A stretch of DNA of 62,838 nt from Candidatus Bathyarchaeota archaeon (lineage in GTDB: Archaea > Thermoproteota > Bathyarchaeia > RBG-16-48-13 > JAGMEO01). Within the stretch, counting starts at the first letter, position 1. Each line of letters starts with the position of its first letter. Where the stretch lies: positions 1-62,838 of the forward strand of contig JAUVYS010000001.1 in assembly GCA_030602965.1 (NCBI GenBank), given 5' to 3'. Below the pieces are notes generated by a model. That model was not told the DNA's origin. It worked only from the letters and a program-made list of their open reading frames with translations, and searched no databases. Below are positions 56,851 through 62,838 of the stretch, piece after piece. A program made the translations under genes and the position numbers.

Positions 56851-58314
56851 TCAGCTTTTCTTTATTTTCAAATCACTAAAGAAAAGGCGGGTCTCCCCCA
56901 TAGTTTTTTCTTTTAAAGAATTAATTCGTACTATCAAAGGAAAGTTGTTTAAAACCTTTCCAAGCATGAGACAGTAATGTGGTGGAAGCTGTCTAGCAAT
57001 TATGTTGACCGTCTCAACATCAATCATTGCAGCTCTTGAAACTATTTCTAGATCATGTTCGTTTGTGAAGTTAAAAAGAAATATGTTGTCTGCTTGTCTG
57101 TAAACACTTTTTCGAATGCTGTCCGGCTGGTTAGTAATGAATGTTGTGAACATTCCAAGATGTCGCATTCTTGTCACAATGTCATTCCAATATGTCTCCC
57201 GAAGATAGAGGTGTGCTTCCTCAGCGAAAAGGAAAACAGCCTTGAGACCCCAATTTTCAAGTAACTGAGATAATTTGCTTAACAAAAATTCTACAACGAT
57301 TTGCCGAAATTTTGAATTTATGTTTCGAAGATTGATGATGAGAGCACCACCTTTATCCATTTTGTCCATCACTGCTTCCAATACAGTGGCTTCTCCCCAA
57401 TCATCTGTAAAAAATTTTGTATTTATTAAACTCTCAAACCTTCTTAACAACGCATCTTGAATATAATTATTTGACACAGCGCGAATAGCTGAGTTCAAAT
57501 TATTAAGTGTGAGAGCACCCCGCTCTTTAAGATCCTTCCAAATCCTTCGAAACTCCCATGCAGATGTTGCTGGTAGATCCAAAATATTCTCCATTACTCT
57601 TAAGAAAACTCCAAGTCCAGCATACTGCAGAGTGACCTTAAAATCGCTGCCAGGAGTAAGTGAAATAAAACGGTCATAGAGAGAAGTCCTTCCTTCACTC
57701 TTTGTGTATCCAAGATTAATGTATTCTCCATTTATGTCAAAAACTATACAAATGCCACCTTTTGATACCAGCTGGATGAGAAGAAGCTTTGAAAGATGAG
57801 ACTTCCCTGTTCCTTTTTTACCTGTTATAATGTTGAGTTTTCCATCAATAGAATTTATGTTTATTGAGATACGTCCACCACCTTTCAAAGTACCAATGTC
57901 TAAACCATTTTGCGGCTCATTTTCTAGTAATTTAATTAAGTCTGCGTCTGGGAGCTTTCTAAGCCTTGATGTAGAGCGAGGTGGAATCCAAGACACATCG
58001 TTACTAACCTTTCCTTTATTTAACGCTCCTCGAATTTTACAAGTAAAAAGCTCAGCATCTTTGATAATATTCACGAAAGACTTCATTTCAAGCGGGTCTA
58101 AGTCTACACCCTCAAGTTTTTCTGTTGATGATGATCGGAGAATGTCTTCAAGAATTCCTGGAACATTTACGTAGCCTGAGTTTATAACTTGTATTATGAG
58201 GGATTTTTCTGAATTTACGTCCTCAACAAGCAGATAATCACCTCTATTAACATCTTCTGGAGGACAGCATATGACCTGAACAGTATTGGCATCAATCTTG
58301 TAGATTTGCATCAT
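56851..58314 (-). CDS. herA: HerA-like (DUF87/FtsK-HerA superfamily) ATPase
   Basis: N-terminal barrel-like domain, Walker A ITGKKGTGKSHL, Walker B VFLFAEEAH. 4-nt overlap with the nurA-like gene. Confidence 0.8.
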   Translation of the reverse strand: MMQIYKIDANTVQVICCPPEDVNRGDYLLVEDVNSEKSLIIQVINSGYVNVPGILEDILRSSSTEKLEGVDLDPLEMKSFVNIIKDAELFTCKIRGALNKGKVSNDVSWIPPRSTSRLRKLPDADLIKLLENEPQNGLDIGTLKGGGRISININSIDGKLNIITGKKGTGKSHLSKLLLIQLVSKGGICIVFDINGEYINLGYTKSEGRTSLYDRFISLTPGSDFKVTLQYAGLGVFLRVMENILDLPATSAWEFRRIWKDLKERGALTLNNLNSAIRAVSNNYIQDALLRRFESLINTKFFTDDWGEATVLEAVMDKMDKGGALIINLRNINSKFRQIVVEFLLSKLSQLLENWGLKAVFLFAEEAHLYLRETYWNDIVTRMRHLGMFTTFITNQPDSIRKSVYRQADNIFLFNFTNEHDLEIVSRAAMIDVETVNIIARQLPPHYCLMLGKVLNNFPLIVRINSLKEKTMGETRLFFSDLKIKKS

Positions 58315-59387
58315 GAAATCACCTTGTTATTGATCAACCCTCCCCCATATGGGCCAAAAAGAATCTGACGAATATTGGGTCGAAACACGGTTCTTATTCC
58401 AAAATTCTCAGCGATTAAGCGTTGCATCCCAATTATTTCGCTTGCAGAGAACCTTGACAATATGTGAGCAAGTCTTAATGTCTCAGGGTAACTTTCGACG
58501 ACAATATCATTGCTTATAAGCTTTTGAACTGCGTTAATTCCTGTCTCTCTTTCTATTTCGCGGTCAACATCTAGACGGAATGAAAATTGACTGGGAGTAA
58601 GCTTTGCAGCATACACTCTGCCAAAGAAACAGAGATAATTACCATACTGCCGGCGAATAATTTCATCTAAGTCAAGCAAACATGGAGCATTACGATTGTT
58701 AATTAAATCTGCGATTCTACGACCAAATATAGTAAATTTTGTTTTTTTTGAAAAAGCCAACACCACGTTTCCTCGGCTTCTCGCCATTCGGAGCATATCA
58801 TCTATTAAGGTAACAGGACTATCAATGGTCCATGCAGTAAGTGAACCATCCCAAAGTATAACGGAGTCTTCACAAGATTGTGAAAGTTGAGCTTGGAGCC
58901 ACCGTTCAAGAATATTTCGAATACGTCCAGGCATGCACCAAACATCAGGTGTTGGTGCTGCTCTACTAGCACCAAAGTACATTTGACGAAGTTTATTGTA
59001 AAGAAATTGTTTATTATTCTCTGTTACATGGAAGATGAATGGTCCGTAACGAGTATAATTATACTTAACCTCATCTTTCCAGACAATTGTACCTCGGACA
59101 GCACAAAGCAAACCATTGCTAGTTTCACCTAATTCAATACTAGATGTATCCAAACCAAAAATGTGTGCTTTCTCATCGATATATGCCAGTTTTATCATAT
59201 CCAAATTTTCTCCATCAAAATTGGCAATAAATTCATGTTCGTTAAGTTTGTTAAAGTCTCCAACGTAGTTTGTCGGCAAATCGATGTTTCTTAGACGATG
59301 ACTTGATTCAATAGTGTTCTTTAGAGAAGCATTGCCCAGTTCTACGAAGTTATATGGAGACTTCTGACTAAAATCAAGAACTTGCAT
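58311..59387 (-). CDS. nurA: NurA-like nuclease
   Basis: IFGLDTSSIE and VILWDGSL acidic motifs with NurA-like spacing. GGAGG lies 7 nt before the ATG. Confidence 0.7.
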   Translation of the reverse strand: MQVLDFSQKSPYNFVELGNASLKNTIESSHRLRNIDLPTNYVGDFNKLNEHEFIANFDGENLDMIKLAYIDEKAHIFGLDTSSIELGETSNGLLCAVRGTIVWKDEVKYNYTRYGPFIFHVTENNKQFLYNKLRQMYFGASRAAPTPDVWCMPGRIRNILERWLQAQLSQSCEDSVILWDGSLTAWTIDSPVTLIDDMLRMARSRGNVVLAFSKKTKFTIFGRRIADLINNRNAPCLLDLDEIIRRQYGNYLCFFGRVYAAKLTPSQFSFRLDVDREIERETGINAVQKLISNDIVVESYPETLRLAHILSRFSASEIIGMQRLIAENFGIRTVFRPNIRQILFGPYGGGLINNKVIS

Positions 59388-59475
59388 AACACTTCCTCCA
59401 GAAAATTTTCAACTCAGAAGTTAAGACTTCTTTTTTTAACCTAAGTAAACTAAATATAGAAACGCGTATAGTCTT

Positions 59476-59569
59476 TATAGTGGTGTAGTGGGTTAGCGTC
59501 AACCATAATTACCCCCTTTTTCGGTTTGTCGCCTAAAGTCCTTGGTGGGCTTTAGCACGACCCGCTATA
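59476..59569. ncRNA. Candidate structured RNA element (function and strand unknown)
   Basis: Locally GC-rich intergenic block. TATAGTGG (59476-59483) can pair with CCGCTATA (59562-59569). Internal hairpins GTCG-C-CTAAAG/CTTTAG-CA-CGAC (59528-59561) and GGTT/AACC (59491-59504). Confidence 0.25.
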
Positions 59570-59586
59570 CCTTCATATTTGAAGTT

Positions 59587-60036
59587 TCATTCTAGCGACT
59601 TTATGAGTATGTAACCATATCCCTTATTGGTATGAATTCGCCTGAGGGCACCCTTCTTTGTTAAATCTGTTAATCTTCCCTTAATTGTTCCAATTGGGTA
59701 ATGTATTGCATTAATTTTCATTACTTCTAATAGGTTACTAAGTGTTCGCGGTTTCTTTTTTCCCCATTTGGTAGCGAGGATCTTTGTAATGACTTCAGGA
59801 CATGACGCACCTGAGGAAACAGTGACTGTAGGTAATACGTCCGCTTCGACTGTTTTTTCTCCTAATTTATGCACATGTGATCTTGCTGTTGTAGAAGTTA
59901 AGGTGAAAGCTTCAGAAACTTTACTTACAATAATCGAAAGGTCATCTAACGCTTTCATTACTTCGTCTTGAGAACCACTTAATTCAATTTCTTTATCATT
60001 TATTCGAATTCTAAGTCTGAAGGGGTGAGAACTCAT
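59587..60036 (-). CDS. Paralog array member 4 (N-terminal beta-strand module + C-terminal winged helix)
   Basis: FRLRIRINDKEIELSGSQDEVMKAL; C-terminal TLSNLLEVMK...IGTIKGRLTDLTKKGALRRIHTNKGYGYILI. Confidence 0.6.
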   Translation of the reverse strand: MSSHPFRLRIRINDKEIELSGSQDEVMKALDDLSIIVSKVSEAFTLTSTTARSHVHKLGEKTVEADVLPTVTVSSGASCPEVITKILATKWGKKKPRTLSNLLEVMKINAIHYPIGTIKGRLTDLTKKGALRRIHTNKGYGYILIKSLE

Positions 60037-60039
60037 GTT

Positions 60040-60561
60040 TTATTCTCCTTTTTTATTTTTTAGTTGTTTTAGAATCTCTTCAGTCTTCTTGATTCCCCTG
60101 CTTGTAATTCGGTATTCACCTCTACCCACTCTATCGACGATACCGTCGTTGACCATCCACGCCAACTGATTGAACATTGTCTTCATTGCTTTTCCAGTGA
60201 TTTTTGATAGTTCATTGGCTGAAAGAGATTCTTTAGGTTGTTTTTGGAATTTGTTACTGATGTATGAGCCCATGAGTGCTAAGCAAACGGCGTCTTCTGC
60301 TGAAATATCCTTTGGACTTGTAAGTATGATGCCTTCTGGCGCGATCTGTAAAATTCCTTTTAAATCGTTTACAACCGCTCTTAAATCTGGAGTGAAAATT
60401 ATGTCTCGAAGTATTTCATATTCAGGATATATTTTGTTTAAAAAGTCAATGAAAACTGAAAACACTGCTTCAGGAGTTCCTTCGAAGTCAAGTTTGTTAT
60501 CACCAAATTCAACATGAACTTTCAAATTTTTTGATTCACTCATCTTATACTTCCTCTGCAA
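60040..60561 (-). CDS. Paralog array member 3
   Basis: LKVHVEFGDNKLDFEGTPEAVFSVFIDFLNKIYPEY, ILQIAPEGIILTSPKD, LSANELSKITGK...MVNDGIVDRVGRGEYRITSRG. ATG at 60543 would abut the stop of member 2. Confidence 0.65.
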   Translation of the reverse strand: MQRKYKMSESKNLKVHVEFGDNKLDFEGTPEAVFSVFIDFLNKIYPEYEILRDIIFTPDLRAVVNDLKGILQIAPEGIILTSPKDISAEDAVCLALMGSYISNKFQKQPKESLSANELSKITGKAMKTMFNQLAWMVNDGIVDRVGRGEYRITSRGIKKTEEILKQLKNKKGE

Positions 60562-61069
60562 TAGCTCTTATACGAGGTAAGTCTTTCTTTCGGAAGCCTT
60601 CGATACCATAGGTTGTAATTTTGTATTCTCCTCTTCCCACCCTTTCTACCCATCCAATGTCTACCATCTCACTTAATCTGGCTGCTACAGAACCTGGTTT
60701 TCCCCCAGTTGTTGTTATTATTTCAGCAATAGATAGGGAGTCCTTGCCAAGTCTTCCTAAACGAAAGCCAACTTTAGCTTTAAGTAGATGAAGAAGAATA
60801 TGTTCTCTTTCACCTGTTTGTTCCCTGGGGACCGTTATAACTAATCCCTCGGGAGTAATCAGTAATACCTTTTCTAATTCTTTCAATAAATCTTCAAAAC
60901 TCACGGTTAAAGTTAATTTTGATATCAAATTGTAATTTGGATAGATTTTAGTTAAAAAGTTAAGGAAACCACTAATCACTTCATCAACAGAACCGGAGAA
61001 TTTAGCTTCCAACTTATTAACTTTTACAGTGACCTCGAGCTTTTTCTCTATAGTGCGCAATTTTTTCAC
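60545..61069 (-). CDS. Paralog array member 2
   Basis: LEVTVKVNKLEAKFSGSVDEVISGFLNFLTKIYPNY, VLLITPEGLVITVPRE, LSIAEIITTTGGKPGSVAARLSEMVDIGWVERVGRGEYKITTYG. Confidence 0.65.
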   Translation of the reverse strand: MKKLRTIEKKLEVTVKVNKLEAKFSGSVDEVISGFLNFLTKIYPNYNLISKLTLTVSFEDLLKELEKVLLITPEGLVITVPREQTGEREHILLHLLKAKVGFRLGRLGKDSLSIAEIITTTGGKPGSVAARLSEMVDIGWVERVGRGEYKITTYGIEGFRKKDLPRIRAIAEEV

Positions 61070-61528
61070 CTATTTAGTAATTTTTGAAATTAGATCATCC
61101 ACCCATTTTTTTCCTAAGATGGTTAGTCTGTAGCCCCCGCCGTTTTTAAGAGCTAATCCTTCTCTTCTCATTTCGCTAAGCCTAGAACCAAAGCCAGTTG
61201 CGGGGCGCCCACTTAAACTCAATAAATGGCCAACTTCTTTAGGTTCAATAGAATTTGGATCGTAGGAATACAAAATTAGCCCAATAGCTTCTTTATTGGT
61301 TAATTTATCTTTTGGAACGATGATTAATGGTCCTTCAGGTGAAAATTCTATCAAACCTGAAAGCATCATTTTTGTTTCTGAAGGAACAATGTCTGGACCA
61401 ATAACTAATCCATCTATTGTTGCTAACCACTCTGGAAAAGTTTCGAGGGAAGATATGATCTCGTCTAGACTTTCACCTTCTATTTCCACATTCCCAAATG
61501 GTCTTTTTATTACAACTCTAATCTTCAA
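61070..61528 (-). CDS. Paralog array member 1
   Basis: MKIRVVIKRPFGNVEIEGESLDEIISSL, LIEFSPEGPLIIVPKD, VGHLLSLSGRPATGFGSRLSEMRREGLALKNGGGYRLTILG. TTG start. Confidence 0.65.
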   Translation of the reverse strand: MKIRVVIKRPFGNVEIEGESLDEIISSLETFPEWLATIDGLVIGPDIVPSETKMMLSGLIEFSPEGPLIIVPKDKLTNKEAIGLILYSYDPNSIEPKEVGHLLSLSGRPATGFGSRLSEMRREGLALKNGGGYRLTILGKKWVDDLISKITK

Positions 61529-61708
61529 TGGAAAATCGTTTAGAAATAATTTTAACGTAAATTTAAACTTTTCTACTACATGTTAACATAACGTAATATA
61601 ACGTATATATTTCAATGTGAGTTGCATGTAATTCGTATTCCTAAAAAATATAATAAAATATATATCCATCACAAGAATGTTTTAATTCTAGCTAAACTCG
61701 ATAATATA

Positions 61709-62776
61709 TTATTTGATAATGCCTTTGTTTTTTAAATATTTGATCATCTCTTTTTCTGTCTTGAAAATTTTCGTAGCATGATATTCAAAGAAAGGACTTA
61801 ATTTTTTAGGGAAGTAAGCAAAGACATTTTTATTGTTAGTGAAGCCATAAACCATCTCGCTCAAGACACCAGGAGATAAAACTGGTACGGGATAGTAGAC
61901 TATTATCATGTCGCTTTGAGAAATAAGTTTGTAATCTCTATCAACAGTTTGGTCAATAATATCTTCTCTTGCTTCTTCAATTTCGCTAATATTGATTAAT
62001 CCTTGTTTACCATCTACTTTAAATTTTAGTTTATCTTTGCCTTTTCTCTTTGCTGCTTCAGCAAATCCAATCAAATCCATTTCTTCAATATCCTCAGGAT
62101 CGAAGATAATAAGATCACGTTTTCTAAGCTCATCTCGAAATCTATTCTTTGCTTTCATCTTCGATGGATCTTGCTTCATATAAGTCATAGGGTAGCTGAT
62201 GTAAGCTTTCTTAATATTTAGGTCAAATAAAAGATTGATAATTTCTTCTGGGGGATCCTTATTTGTAATGACATAATTTTTCACTCCTTGATAATTGGCA
62301 ATCATATTGGATATGAAAAGCTCCTCGTCTCGCCATACTAGGAGTTCTTTTAAACTAAATTTTCCTTTCCATCCAGGTTGTCTTTCAAGCCTAATCTTAA
62401 TGGTTTGAATATCATCAATTATCGTTAAAAACACATCTGGTGATAATTGATTAAGATAGTGAAAATCGAAAGCAGGTATGAGATTTTTTTTCCATCTAAA
62501 ACAGGCGTGGGTGCTTATTATCAGGTTTTCTTGGCTTTTTGCTTCTGTAATAATTTGTTCAAACACTGTGGCACGAAGATAGTTAAGAGTAGAAGATGAC
62601 ATATCTAAAATTTTGTGTTCAGGTATTTCTCTACCAAGTCTCTTTGCTGTTTCAAACATCATAGAACCTACATGAAGAACTTTCGTAGGTTTACTTGCTT
62701 TAGTGATAAGCTCTGCAAGGTTCTCTAAATATTCGTTCCTCTTGCTTCCACTAATTCCAGTCCCAACTATGATCAT
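61709..62776 (-). CDS. Fusion protein: archaeal adenylate-kinase (AdkA)-like domain with deviant P-loop + nucleoside 2-deoxyribosyltransferase-like C-terminal domain
   Basis: N-half: IVGTGISGSKR, VLHVGSMMFETAKRLG, LIISTHACFRWKKNLIPAF, SPDVFLTIIDD follow the AdkA layout. C-half: KKAYISYPMT and SDMIIVYYPVPVLSPGVLSEMVYGF resemble the YLAGP / S.G...E.G motifs of NDT/Rcl-like domains. Confidence 0.6.
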   Translation of the reverse strand: MIIVGTGISGSKRNEYLENLAELITKASKPTKVLHVGSMMFETAKRLGREIPEHKILDMSSSTLNYLRATVFEQIITEAKSQENLIISTHACFRWKKNLIPAFDFHYLNQLSPDVFLTIIDDIQTIKIRLERQPGWKGKFSLKELLVWRDEELFISNMIANYQGVKNYVITNKDPPEEIINLLFDLNIKKAYISYPMTYMKQDPSKMKAKNRFRDELRKRDLIIFDPEDIEEMDLIGFAEAAKRKGKDKLKFKVDGKQGLINISEIEEAREDIIDQTVDRDYKLISQSDMIIVYYPVPVLSPGVLSEMVYGFTNNKNVFAYFPKKLSPFFEYHATKIFKTEKEMIKYLKNKGIIK

Positions 62777-62838
62777 GTTTTAACCCTCCTTTACGGGGTT
62801 ATACACGTATATTGCAAAAAGAATAAAGTCAGTCTTTA

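Noticed and set aside
59476-59569. Possible tRNA or split-tRNA half, because of the D-arm-like GGTGTAGTGGGTTAGCG.
   Set aside because: No T-arm (GTTCRAATC-type) and no convincing anticodon arm could be drawn on either strand. Kept only as an unclassified structured-RNA candidate.
1-62838. Looked for CRISPR arrays, IS elements, prophage or integrase genes and long direct repeats across the window.
   Set aside because: No regularly spaced repeats, transposase or integrase signatures, or terminal inverted repeats were recognised by eye.

Overview
AT-rich archaeal chromosomal segment of about 63 kb. The archaeal assignment rests on PolD small and large subunits, Orc1/Cdc6 beside an ORB-type replication origin, TFE, MBF1, NAC, Alba, aTrm56, GGGP synthase, L35Ae, Sec61-beta, Elf1, ZPR1, a 7S SRP RNA and intron-containing tRNAs. 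Most of the window is housekeeping: a dapA-dapB-lysA-dapF-dapL lysine operon with a divergent Lrp/AsnC regulator, pyrB and pyrI, class III ribonucleotide reductase nrdD-nrdG, apgM, NAD kinase, HflX, endonuclease IV, a dUTPase-family gene and RPA. No CRISPR array, integrase or transposase was seen.

Five things stand out:
1. A co-directional minus-strand cluster at 55969-62776. It holds an AdkA-like kinase fused to a nucleoside-deoxyribosyltransferase-like domain, four tandem divergent paralogs with a C-terminal winged helix, a foldable GC-rich spacer, and then NurA-HerA and endonuclease IV. A fifth paralog sits next to the origin. I cannot assign this arrangement to a described system.
2. A wHTH + ATP-cone + NrdD-like protein that has lost the catalytic cysteines and the glycyl-radical glycine. 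It lies directly upstream of the intact nrdD-nrdG.
3. An oriC with inverted ORB elements flanking an AT-rich stretch, plus an over-represented TTCACA hexamer.
4. Three of four tRNAs carry introns, five in total, four at non-canonical positions.
5. At least seven genes are broken by single-base frameshifts (often in homopolymer runs) and/or in-frame stops. In addition, an Elf1 homolog has ATC where the initiator Met should be.

All calls come from reading the translations and the sequence by eye. No database search or folding program was run.
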